A stretch of 63,758 nt of DNA, filler included, from Octopus bimaculoides (Eukaryota), in assembly GCF_001194135.2 (NCBI RefSeq). It is 4 parts of 4 records of this genome, joined end to end, with 100 filler letters (N's around TTAATTAATTAA, not from the genome) between each part and the next. Parts side by side here need not be neighbours in the genome. Positions count along the whole stretch, not along the records: positions 31,564 to 55,087 come from NC_068997.1; 3 more parts are not named here. The stretch is one strand, 5' to 3'. Made by a program: the position numbers and the translations under genes. This document shows positions 41,640 to 53,806 of the stretch, one piece after another. Each line of letters begins with the position of its first letter. Within the stretch, counting starts at the first letter, position 1. The notes below the pieces were generated by a model, which was not told the DNA's origin, did not search any database, and saw only the letters and a list, made by a program, of their open reading frames with translations.

Positions 41640-42250
41640 AGGCGGTGTGCTATCACAATCAATAGCACGTTAGACAAAGTGCTGACTTTCATTTCGTCTG
41701 CCTTTACGCTCAGAGTTCAAGTTTCATCGAGGTCGACTCTGTCTTTCATTCTTTCGGTATCGATAAAATATGTACCAGTTGAGTAACGCGGTCAGTGAAA
41801 TCGATTTATCTCTACCCATTTATTTCAAACCGTATGCTTATAGTAGAGACGATTATTATTCATTATTATCATAAGGCGGTGATCCGGCAGAATCGTTAGC
41901 ACGCCGGACAAAATGTTTCATGTCATTTGGTCCGTCTTTTCGCTCTGAGTTCAAATTCTCGCATGGTCAACTTTATCTTTCATCATTTCGGGGCTGGTAA
42001 GTGAAGAAGTTGTTGTCCCTCCATATTCGAGGCGATGAACTGGCGAAATCGTTATCGCGCCGGACTAAACGTTTAGCAGGATTTCTTCCGGCTTTACTCT
42101 CTAAATTTTAAATTCCATAAAGGTCGACTTTGGCTTTCATCTATCGCGGTCGATAAAAATATAGTACTAATAAAGCACTGGGGACACTGAATTCGACTAA
42201 CGTCTTCCCATAAGATATCAGGCTTTGTGCCTATAGCAGAAATACTTACT
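41640..42250 (+). mobile_element. Three tandem diverged SINE family A copies
   Basis: Heads at ~41640, ~41876 and ~42030, each followed by GAGTTCAA/GGTCGACT-type body motifs. Confidence 0.75.
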
Positions 42251-43094
42251 GCTACTGTCGACTTTAATCGCAAGTCGCCTGCTGATCGATCAGAGTTGAC
42301 CTGGAGCTAAATATCAACAATGAGAGCAAACATAACGGCAACAGTAACAATAGTCAAGACGCAGTCTCATTTGCCAATGAGCAACGACAACACACCTGTC
42401 TTGTCTAACGAAAACTAACGACCTATCTCCCTATCCATAAACAATTACCTGCCCGCACCACCAACCAGAAAAATCTCTGCTGTCTCCTTCCCTTTCTCTT
42501 ATCTTATTCTAGCGTGTGTACACGTCATTGCATTATGTAGGCACACGTGACTGCTATACAATTTTAGCCCCTTCCTCCTGTTTTGTCAGTCAGTCAGTCA
42601 ATCAGCGCAAGGATTGGCTGGTTTTCTTTGTGAGCTTCAAACCGGGTAAAACTGGATTTAAGAAGAAATAAACGAAGAAGCGATTCATATATAGAAGCTT
42701 CAGAACAACCAATCAGGATTCCTCTAAGGCTGCACACGATCAAACAATGAAGTGTGTGTGAAGTCTCTACTTGGTTGATGAATATGCTAGAAATAGCAGT
42801 CAGATTTCTTTTATTCCAACTCGCAAAACGTTTTTTTTTTTAAACGCGCTTGATAACGGAATTCGTTACGCTTTTATAAAGTCAAGATATTTAGCACTGG
42901 AATATATTCCATCTACTTTTTAAGGCAGCTCATTTACGACTGACCTGGAGTTAAACAACAATTAACTCCTTACCAATCAATGACTCGGCAGAGAGGCCGC
43001 GTGGTTAATTAATCTCCTAGAAATAACAGCTAAAACTTTATCAAACGACAACAAACGATTTTCTTTCCTTTTTTAATTATTCTGTCATTCAGCA

Positions 43095-43865
43095 TATGGT
43101 TGAGAAGCTTAGAGTGAAACCACGTGGTATGGGGTTTCTGTCCCATGCGTGGTACCTTGGGGAGGTGTCTTCTACTATAGCCAGCGCTGAGCTGACCAAA
43201 GCCTTTTGAGTGGATTTGTTAGACGGAAGCTGAAAGAAGCCCATCGAATATATATGTATTTGTGTGTGTGTGTATGTGTATGTATGTGTGTGTATGTGCG
43301 TGTATGTGAATGTGTGTGAGAGTGTGTGTGTGCGTGTGTGTGTGTGTGTGTTTGTGTGTGTGTGTATAGTGTGTATTTGTGTGTAAGTACATGGTAAGTA
43401 GCTTACTTACCAACCACATGGTTCCTGGTTCAGTCCCACTGCGTGGCACCTCGGGCAAGTGTCTTNNNNNNNNNNNNNNNNNNNNNNNNNNNNNNNNNNN
43501 NNNNNNNNNNNNNNNNNNNNNNNNNNNNNNNNNNNNNNNNNNNNNNNNNNNNNNNNNNNNNNNNNNNNNNNNNNNNNNNNNNNNNNNNNNNNNNNNNNNN
43601 NNNNNNNNNNNNNNNNNNNNNNNNNNNNNNNNNNNNNNNNNNNNNNNNNNTATGTGTGTGTATGTGTTTGTCCCCCCCCCCAACATCGCTTGACAACCGA
43701 TGCTGATGTGGTTACGTCCCCGTAACTTAGCGGTTCGGCAAAAGAGACCGATAGAATAAGTACTAGGCTTACAAAGAATAATTCCTAGGGTCCATTTGCT
43801 TGACTAAAGGCGGTGCTCCAGCATGGCCGCCGTCAAATGACTGAAACAAGTAAAAGAGTAAAGGA
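43095..43865 (+). mobile_element. Two SINE family B copies (the second spans a gap)
   Basis: 5' halves at ~43095-43250 and ~43388-43465; 3' half at 43651-43865. Confidence 0.8.
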
Positions 43866-44749
43866 GAGTATATATTTAAATGTCTTTCTCGTTGTCTCTA
43901 TCAACTAGCTGACAACTGGTGCTGGTTTGTTTCCATCCGTGTAGCAAAAAGGGAACCATGGAATGATACCAGGTTTACAAAAAAAGAAGTAAAAAAAAAT
44001 CCTTCAAGCCAGTGTATCAGCATGGCCAGTTTTATGACTGAAACACGTACTAGAAGAAAAGTAAAAATAACACACTTCAGCAGAATTAACACCTATCGCC
44101 TCGAAAAAAGGCGACGAACATACAGTAACAGACACATGACGCACACATAATACGCGCGCACACACACACACACAGAGAGAGAAAACGCGCCTGCGCACAC
44201 ACACAAACGTAGAGTCATTTTAGCAATGGTATAGGCCACTGGGCAAATCAATGCAGTAGGGTCCTTTAGTATTTATTCACTGATAACACGCCACAGCATA
44301 CATAGATCACACATGGCCTCCTAGAGTTAAGAGGGCCCACTGAGCCAATGTTTTAAGACGACATTGCACGCTCACAGACGCATAACACTCACACACACAC
44401 ACAACAAGGTATGCGGCGTGAACTAATACATTATGTTATATTGAGAGAGCTTTCCATTCGTGTATATATATATATATATATGTGTGTAGTTCAAATTTAC
44501 AGGAAACAAAAGATGAAGAACAAGCAGGTGTATTACTTTGATGCGCCGGAAGAATGGTAAAAGCTTTGACGTTTCGATATATNNNNNNNNNNNNNNNNNN
44601 NNNNNNNNNNNNNNNNNNNNNNNNNNNNNNNNNNNNNNNNNNNNNNNNNNNNNNNNNNNNNNNNNNNNNNNNNNNNNNNNNNNNNNNNNNNNNNNNNNNN
44701 NNNNNNNNNNNNNNNNNNTGTGTGTGTGTGTGTGTGTGTATTCATGTAT

Positions 44750-45153
44750 TTACACTCTTTTACTTGTTTCAGTCATTTGACTGCGGCTGTGCTGGAGCAC
44801 GGTCTTTAGTCGAGCAAATCGACCCCAGGATTTATTCTTTGTAAGCCTAGTACTTACAAAGTAAGTATCGGTCTCTTTTGCCGAACTGCTATGTTACGGG
44901 GACGTAAACACACCAGCATCGGTTGTCAAGCGATGTTGGTGGGAGGAAAAGCACAGACTCACAAACATACGCACATATATGTATACATATATACGACAGG
45001 CTTCTTTCAGTTTCCGTCTACCAAATCTTCTCACAAGGCTTTGGGCGGCCCGAGGCTATAGTAGAAGACACTTGCCCAAGATGCCACGCAGTGGGACTGA
45101 GCCCGAAACCATGCGGTTCATAAGCAAGCTACTTACCACACAGCCACTCCTAC
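44750..45153 (-). mobile_element. SINE family B, full length
   Basis: Reverse complement of the 36363-36757 structure. Confidence 0.9.
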
Positions 45154-45165
45154 GCCTCTATATAC

Positions 45166-45202
<37 letters not shown>

Positions 45203-45237
45203 TGTACGTATTTTCTTCACTCGTTTACGACTGTTCT

Positions 45238-45279
<42 letters not shown>

Positions 45280-45898
45280 ATATACATTTATATATATAAA
45301 GAGAGAGGCACTCAGAGATAGAAAGATAGATTCACATACATGCAAAGCACGTCCATTAATACATAATTTCCTTCCTACCAGTACATACTTTTTACTCCGT
45401 TCTCTGCCTCTCAAAACTTTCACGAAATCTAATAAAACAGCTTCTCACAATATTCAACATAATTCGATTCGCCTCACAAACATCTATCACTTTTAAATAT
45501 CATATTTTATTAACGTATTAATTAATATACTTCACTGAAGTAACGGAAACAACAGTCTTTCTATTGTTCCATTACCTACGGAGAAGATTAATTATTGTCT
45601 AGGCAATGAATTTACAACAAGTAAAACCGTTTTTTGCTTGTGTTCTCATCACCTGTTCGTTGCAGAAAATTTAAACTTTACATCATAAAACAGGATGGAT
45701 AACTCTCTGTGATATTATATATGCATGAGTGAGTAGATCAGGCAATAAAATGAAAGATTCTCATCCAATTGTACGTTATAGTGATATAGCATTCTGCTAT
45801 TTCATTCCTGAGGTAAACCATCTTGCATTATGCATGCATGCATGCGTGTTTGTATGTACGCATGTATGTATGTATGTATGTATGTATGCATGCTTGTA

Positions 45899-45954
<56 letters not shown>

Positions 45955-45959
45955 TATAT

Positions 45960-46170
45960 GTGTGTGTCTTTCTGTCTTTGCTTGTCCTCCAATCATCGCT
46001 TGAAAACCGATGTTGGTATGTTTATGTCCCCTTAGCCTATCGGTTCGGCAAAAGGGACCGATAGAATAAGTACTAAGCTTTAAATAATAACTCCCGGGAC
46101 TAAAAATCCCTTTAATGCGTTTCTCCAGCATGCCCAGAGTCAAATGACTGAAACATGTAAAAGAATAAAC
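45960..46170 (+). mobile_element. SINE family B, 3' half
   Basis: CATCGCTTGA...CGGTTCGGCAAAAGGGACCGATAGAATAAGTACT...TCAAATGACTGAAACA. Confidence 0.75.
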
Positions 46171-46357
46171 AAGCACAAAACCTCATACACAAATGGCATA
46201 GTATTATTTTCTCCACTCTTGTTTCACGCCGTCATTTTTCTATATGCATAGTATAAGAGTTATAAACTAGTGATAGTCGAAAAGCTATATATTCACCAGG
46301 TCCGAAAACTTTTAACAAATCTCATGAGGTATTACCACTATTACATATATATATATA

Positions 46358-46393
<36 letters not shown>

Positions 46394-47770
46394 TCAGTTT
46401 CAACCTGATGATTTTCTGTCACTCTCCCTACTTCCTTCTCTCTCTCTCTCATTGAGGCTACAAAAAAAAGTGGTTTTAAATATATTAGAACCAACTGTAA
46501 CGGAGAATCTAACAATATCTTTGTGGAAAATTGTAGAAATATATAAATTGACAAGCTAGAATAATTGATGCGGAAGAAACAAACTGAATATAAAGCTAAT
46601 AGAATTACATTCTTAACTCCAAGATCAAGTTCGTTACATAATGTATATCGTGTAAAGAATGAATAGTTTAAATTATTTAGCCAAACTATCATTGAGTTAT
46701 GTATTTTTTTGTAGTATAAATCGAACAACATGTCCAAAGATTTACGGTTTATTTTAAGTTTTTAGGCATATGTTATTTATTTTAGCCTTATGTGTGTACT
46801 TTCTTTATTTGTAAAGTCAAAAAGTATGTATAGTATAGATTTCCTGAAATGGTTTATATTTGATCCAGTATATAGTTGTAAAATAAAGAATGTATTAAAC
46901 CAGGTCAAGGGAGAATTCCATTGAATTTCCTTAGAAAGAATAAAAAGTGAAGCAGTGTGTTTACGTTAACAATAATTTGTGATAAAGAATTATGAGACAC
47001 ATATAAGTCTACATGATAGTTTAACATTGCAAAGATTATACAAGAAATATTTTAAAATTCCAGTAAATAGCATTTCTTAAAGTTGACTTACTATACACAA
47101 AACGAATTATTAAAAGGATTCTCCAAGTATATTTACAACAAGACATATTATCTATTTAGATATGTAGTTATTTATATATATATATTTTTTGTCTTTTTCG
47201 CAAAACATGATTCTTTGTAAAGTCCGATATTGTTTCGGCGTGATTTACTACGTATGCAAACTTAGTTCGTTTAGAAAGATGAGTTATTATGGTAGCGTCT
47301 ACAGAGAGAAGATAAACACGAGTTGCTTATCGACATCCAAAGCTTCATAAAAGGAAAGTAAATATAAAGAGTATATAAAGCTTTAAATCTTCTGACGTAA
47401 GTCTTCGCAACTAGTATTACAGTGACAGCAGCCTCGCCGCCGTTTTTTTTTTTCTTCATTCTTCAAAGCAAAATTGAGAATACTATATATGTTAACAGGG
47501 ATTCCCATACTATGCTTTGCATGCAAGATCTGCAGCCCGATGAATACTTTTATATACTATGTACGAATGTGCATACACCCATGGACACACACGCAGGCAC
47601 ACACACACAAACATATAAGTTAAATATGGATAATGGAACTGCAGCTGTAACATCCAACATATATTTTTATATTTATTCTCTTATTTCCCTTTATACTTCC
47701 CATATCTCCTTTCCAAAACAACTTCTTATATTGAGCCCTACTATCTCCTTCTATTTAACTTTCTCATATC

Positions 47771-47818
47771 GTCTTTGATGGGGGGATATCCCTCATAACC
47801 CTGAAACAGCTGTAAGAC
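47771..47818 (+). ncRNA. Minimal type I hammerhead motif, core mutated
   Basis: GTCT-TTGATGG-GGGGATAT..AACCCT-GAAA-CAGCTG-TA-AGAC. Helix I GUCU/AGAC, palindromic helix III ACAGCUGU, GUA triplet. Confidence 0.55.
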
Positions 47819-48471
47819 TAACTTTCTCTTTGTAAATGTCCTAGAAATTTCTCACTACCTTGGCTTTGTCGTCTCATTTTATCTAACATATGCTTGCTCA
47901 AACACGACCCACATTAGACTCCTCACTCATACTGTTATCGAACCGGGAGTCTAACCACGGTCCTTCAATCACACGGTTGAAGAGATAAGAATATGTCCAG
48001 ATTTTCAAACTTCATCTATGAGGGTGCAGTATGAACGTAACTGTCATCTAGACGTAGTTAGGATACATCGAGGAGAATTTTTCTTTTATGCCCATTTTGG
48101 CTGTGCGCACGTAATAATCCTTTCTAGCATAGAAATTTGGTGGGAAGACGCTTGCCGATTACTTCGACTCAAGTCCTCAACTGTTAATTATTTCAAGGGC
48201 CGTGGGAGGATGAAAAACAGAGTCAACCTCCAAATTTGAACTCAGAACGTAATGACGGATGAAATGCCACTAATCATCTTGTTCGGCATGCTAATGATTC
48301 TGCCAGCCGATTAGAACTGACGGTAGTGTACACAAAACAAAAATAACACGATCAACAATAAAAATAAATTTACTTGTCTCAGGGGCACCGAGTTCACCAA
48401 CTGGTCACCAGTACTTAATTTTGTAATTCTGTTACTTATTCCATCGATCTTTTGCAAACCCACTACGGGTG

Positions 48472-48700
48472 TGGAGGCACGTGGCTTAGTGGTTAGACTC
48501 ATGCTCGTAAGATCATGATTTCGATTCCTGGACCGGGCGATGCATTGTGTTTTTGAGTAAGACACTTCATTTTACGTTTCTCCAGTCCAGTCAGCTGGCG
48601 AAAAATCGGTAATCCTGCGACGGACTGGCGTCCCGTTCTGGTGAGGAACATATAAGAAAACCAGAAAACCGACCCTTGTGAGTCGGTCTGACTCAAAAAA
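48472..48700 (+). mobile_element. SINE family D-like, diverged
   Basis: GGAGGCACGTGGCTTAGTGGTTAG head, TTTCGATTCC box B, TTGAGTAAGACACTT body. Confidence 0.7.
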
Positions 48701-50054
48701 GTAACTGCTTTTTCTTTTTTTTTTTCAAACCACTACGGAACGGGTGCGTAAACAATGGAACACCTTTTGTCAAGTGGCTCTGGGGTGACAAACACAAAAA
48801 CATGCATACACTGACACATACGTATACATATACGAAGGAATTCCACACAGTATCCGTCTGACACACGCAAGGATTCGGTCAGCACCGGTCTACAGTAAAA
48901 GGCTGTTGCCTATGGTGGCGCTTTGTGGATTTGAACTCGATACTACGTGATTTTAAAGTGAGCTTTTTAACCACACATACATGCCAGCACCTATATTAAT
49001 TTTCTTTTAAATCATAGACAAATGGAACGAGACACAAGGTTTTTGAGGGTGTGGAACTGTACACTCGAATATATCAATCCGACGACCTGACCGATATGTA
49101 TTTCTTGTTTCTTTATTTTATATATCTATTATCACACATAGGGGTAAAAAAAAAAAAAAACCAGCTTACACTGAACATCGCCATGATTTGAACTCTTAAC
49201 CGAAAAAAGCCGTAACATAACACAGTAAGCAATTTAGTGCGGTACGCTAAACATTCAAACTCTTCAACCTTACACAATATAATGAAAGCAAGCTGACATT
49301 TGCTGTTTCCCTCATATTTTTTAGTAGCTATGATTTTATATATTTATTTTTGCAATAATTTCTATAATTTATTTTTAAGATAGCTTAACAGCGCAAATAT
49401 TTACACAAATCATTTTAATAATAAGTATTTCCGGCAAGATACAATACGATATTTGCACTGCTCTACGGGAACTGTGGTTAGGTCAGGTTAGAGGGATTTA
49501 GGACTACAAGTTGACAACATATCTGTTGTTTCTTTTTATGTGAATTTTTAATTCTCTAATGTTTTGTTTTTTTATTAACCTACTCAAGGTGAATCAGCGA
49601 ATCACATTTACCACATAAAAAAGAAATTAAATAAAACAAGAAACAGGGACAACATAGCATTGTTTCGTTTCAGTTTCACGGCACAGCCCCAACAATATCA
49701 CCCTTACGAAAATTACGCCTGTTTTTCTCTGCTTAATTATTTATAGTTGCACTTGGATGACTGTGATTTTCGGGATTAAGAGGGACTGGAATCTTATACA
49801 AACTTTCTCTTTCTTTGCTCCAACGACAAATTTATCATTATTATTATTATTATTGTTATTATAATTATTATTATGGAAATAAATGATAATAACAATAACA
49901 TAACAATGTGTATGCGCATATATATCTGCTTATAAAAAATTGTTTTTCTCAGTATGTGTATATGTATGAACGTTTGAATAATATATATATATATATCCAT
50001 ATACATGTATCTATATATACCAGATATATGTAAATATGTATCTATAAATGTATG

Positions 50055-50101
<47 letters not shown>

Positions 50102-50297
50102 GTATGTATGTATGTATGTATGTACGTATGCATTCATAGCTTAAGAATTCTAGTTCTTTGGATGAAAAGATATAACAAGAGAACTAGGGAATAAGGGTAA
50201 AAAATCAAAAACGGATAAAAGGTTCCTAACATGTGGTGTGTGCATATACATATATTACATACATATATATGTATATTATATATATATTACATATATG

Positions 50298-50345
<48 letters not shown>

Positions 50346-50786
50346 AATGTACGCACACATACTTATATGAGTAGACATATAAATAGGAGAGAGAGAGAGA
50401 TTGGGTGAGTTTATGTGTGCGTTTGTGTACGCGTCTGTGTAAGTCTGTGAGCGCTCCCGTCCATGTGCGAGTGACTCCCTGCGTGTTTGTGTGTGAGGAA
50501 ATGCGTGTGCGTTTTTATGGGGTGTGTGTGACTGTGAATTGGGTCTCTATACTTGAGAAACAATTTTCGGCGCCTCGACACAGGAGGATATGTGGCTATA
50601 AAACCATCATAAAACATATCTGGTGTGAAGTTATCAAGAACAGGTAGTGGAGATGTGAGTAGGCATCTGATGTTTATACATATATGTATATTACACATAT
50701 CTATCTATCTATCTCTATATATATGTATGCATATATGTATATATATACACGCACATACATATATGTATATCTATATAAACATATGC

Positions 50787-50855
<69 letters not shown>

Positions 50856-51059
50856 TGTATATATTATAAAAATCATAAGAATTTATAAATATGTAAGCAT
50901 ACAAAGATTTATAAAAAAACAAAAATTCATGAATATATAAAAAATGGTAATAAATATATATGTACTTGCGAGGTTTAAATGTCCGTATTAGAATGAAAGA
51001 GGTGGGCAGATGTGAAAATTAGTATAAGATGATTCATGAGTAATCCTGAATAAGTACAA

Positions 51060-51135
51060 AGTCATACGGCCGTTTCGAGGAGATATAGGTTGGTATGGCC
51101 GAACAATTATCTTTACCTCTCATCAGAGTTAGGGG
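51060..51135 (-). ncRNA. Hammerhead with canonical core and palindromic helix III; helix I disrupted
   Basis: Minus strand CTGATGA (51126-51120), GAGG/CCTC helix II, GAAA (51076-51073), ACGGCCGT palindrome, GUA triplet. Confidence 0.6.
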
Positions 51136-51315
51136 ACTCGAAGAGTTGTTAATATATATATATACATGCATATATATGTGCATGTATGATATACACATTT
51201 TTAGACGCGTTTTGTCACTACACAGTAATTTACCTTTGTTTATTTTTCCCTTTGTTTATTTCTCTTTGTTTTTAATTTCCCTTTGAGGTTAACGGTCATT
51301 TTTCAAAGGAATTTC

Positions 51316-51400
51316 CAGTGGCTGGATAACTGAAGAGATGTTGGAGTGGACCTCCCTCCCACCCTGGCATCCGAAACTCGGAGTTTTATCATGGCTACTG
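51316..51400 (+). ncRNA. Near-complete type I hammerhead ribozyme
   Basis: Core CTGAAGA 51330-51336; helix II GATG/CATC with one bulged C, extended by TTGG/CTGG and GTGG/CCAC; GAAA 51373-51376; helix III ACT/AGT; GUU triplet (cleavage after 51385); helix I GATAA/TTATC extended by CAGTGGCT/GGCTACTG. Confidence 0.72.
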
Positions 51401-52160
51401 AATAAGTGTCACATATTTTTACAGATATATATATATAACTATATATATACACACATAAATATATGAGTATATGTATATACACTCTCACACACAAAAATAC
51501 ATATTGGTGTTGGTGTCAGAGGTCTCCCGTCTCTTGACGATGAGGATTCATCTCTTTGTTCAGCTGAATTACCTGCTCTTGAATGAAAGTGTGACAGCAC
51601 TATTTGCGCATACACGCATACACACTCACGCACATTCCCACACCCGGATTCGTTTTCGCGCGCGTGCACACATTCTCTCTCTCTCTCTCTCTCTCTCACA
51701 TACACACAAACAAACAAACAAACAAACACGTGTAGTCTTAATTTAAATCTCCTGTTGAATTCCTGTCATAGAGCTTCTGATAAGTCGTTACGTTTCGAAT
51801 TACAGTAACAATCCACACTATTGACTTGTATATAATTTCCGTGTAGCGAATTTCACTCACAGAATACATCCATTCTCGTTTATCACGGATATTTGGCTTA
51901 GAAATAACCCACCGTGTTAAATGAGACAGTGACAAATGAATAACAGAATAAATGGGAAATTTAAAAAAAATTTTTATTGTGATGTCATGTTGTACTCCTA
52001 AAATTTCCCCAAAAGATGCTTCCTTAATCTCTGCAGTACTCTGAACACAGAACGATAGAAAATACTGTTCTTCAGCTTCTTTAAAAACTTGAGAACTAGC
52101 AACTTCTCTATCATTTTTGTCGTTTATTATGATCAGGTGCTTACGTGTTTCATTTTATTA

Positions 52161-52938
52161 ACCGGTGGGATCTTTGGGGTTTGACGGGCAACATTTTTTA
52201 TGTAGTGTTTTTGGTACCGAAACACTTTCAAACTTCGTATACTTGTATATTTTGTGGTATAGAACAGATAAAAAATTTTGTTATTTCACGTTAAAAATTA
52301 TCTTATTTCGATAATTTCAACTAATCACTGACGTCTATTCAGTTGAAAACAGTTAGCGCTGTAACGGTGTATATCGTATTAATCCCCGTTAGTTCTGACA
52401 TTTCCGATTAACTAGACTGTTCGTAAACAAAGGGGAAAAAGCCATCAAAATACTTCATTTCCTAGAAATAGCAGCTAAATCTTCTTTAAATCAAACTCTA
52501 GTTTAGGGTTAGGGTTGGGGTTATGAGTGAAGTTATGGCAAAAATAATCATAACCCTAACCGTAACCCCAAAACTAACCCTAACTCTAGAATCCGAACTC
52601 TAAAATTGTTACGCACACAGATACGCACAGCGTAATTTATTATATAAACAATATATGCGTATAAATTACGATTAAACCTGATGAAATATGTCACAGGGAA
52701 TAACATGTTTATGACCGGCAAGCAGTAACTTTATTCAGCTGAATAGACGTCAGTGATTGGTTGAAATTACAGAAATACGACAACTTTAACATGAAATAAC
52801 TTGCGATGTACAAAATTTTGTTAAGAAGGTTAAGAGAAGAAGTTGTTTTATATGACACATTCTATCAGTGTTCCAAGTTTGAAAGTGTTTCGTTGAGAAA
52901 ACAAATGTTGCCCGTCAAACCCCAAAGATCCAGCCGGT
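52161..52938. mobile_element. Non-autonomous DNA element (MITE-like) with ~190-bp imperfect terminal inverted repeats
   Basis: 52161-52196 vs 52903-52938 nearly perfect; further matched blocks 52219-52235 vs 52875-52891 and 52313-52347 vs 52734-52768. No clear target-site duplication. Confidence 0.8.
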
Positions 52939-53129
52939 GACTTGTCGATGATTACGATTAAGTAAATTTGTATAAAATATGCGCGGTCTTGCAATACGGT
53001 AATACAAACACAAGCAATGATCAATATACTCTTGGTAGCGATACTTAGTTGATGGCAGCTTGGGTGCGCTTTGAGAAAGGCAAAAAGTATGATAAATTTT
53101 AACGAGATAGCAAATAAATAATCCCTTTT

Positions 53130-53435
53130 AAAGGAGACGAAAGTGTGAATATACTAAGCCAGCATAAAAAGAGGCATAACTCTGTATGTAAAATGCTGCA
53201 TTGGAATTTAACAATACTGAAAAGTGGTATGAACACGAAACAGAGGCTGTGTTTATCAATAATAAATATTTGAAATTATAAGATACTCATATTAAAAGTA
53301 ATCATGCCACTGATGAGATATGGTTATACTGGACAAAAATATAGAACAAAAACGGTTTAATATAATAGACTTTGCCATACCATAAGATAATAGAGTGGAC
53401 ATGAATGGGGTTAAGAAAATAGAAGTATCAAGATG
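53130..53435 (+). mobile_element. Highly decayed RLE-type LINE fragment
   Basis: HKKRHNSVCKMLHWNL, EKWYEH and IIDFAIP*DNRVD relics. Truncated by a minus-strand SINE A fragment at ~53440-53540. Confidence 0.6.
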
Positions 53436-53544
53436 CAGACAGCAAGATAAGGGTGAAAGTCGACCTGGGCGGAATTTGAACTCGGAACCTAGTGATGGGA
53501 GAAATAAAGTTCAGCATTTCGTGCAACGTGCTAATGATTGTGCA

Positions 53545-53593
53545 AGAAGAAGAAGAAGAAGAAGAAGAAGAAGAAGAAGAAGAAGAAGAAGAA

Positions 53594-53625
<32 letters not shown>

Positions 53626-53675
53626 AGAAGGAGGAGGAGGAGGAGGAGGAGAATAATATTAATAATAATAATAAT

Positions 53676-53706
<31 letters not shown>

Positions 53707-53755
53707 AGAAGGAGGAGGAGGAGGAGGAGAATAATATTAATAATAATAATAATAA

Positions 53756-53786
<31 letters not shown>

Positions 53787-53806
53787 AACAACAACAACAA
53801 CAACTA
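53545..53806. repeat. Compound (GAA)(GGA)(AAT)(AAC) microsatellite with a duplicated block
   Basis: Seen directly. Explains the poly-R/K/E/F ORFs. Confidence 0.9.

Noticed and set aside
46312-46737. 141-aa hydrophobic ORF as a membrane protein
   Set aside because: The composition follows from AT-richness, it ends in microsatellites, and it has no motif or splice support.
51500-51570. Short peptide-like frames (GVRGLPSLDDEDSSLCSAELPALE / SRAGNSAEQRDESSSSRDGRP) with splice-like motifs on both strands
   Set aside because: Too short, strand ambiguous, and no homology recognised.
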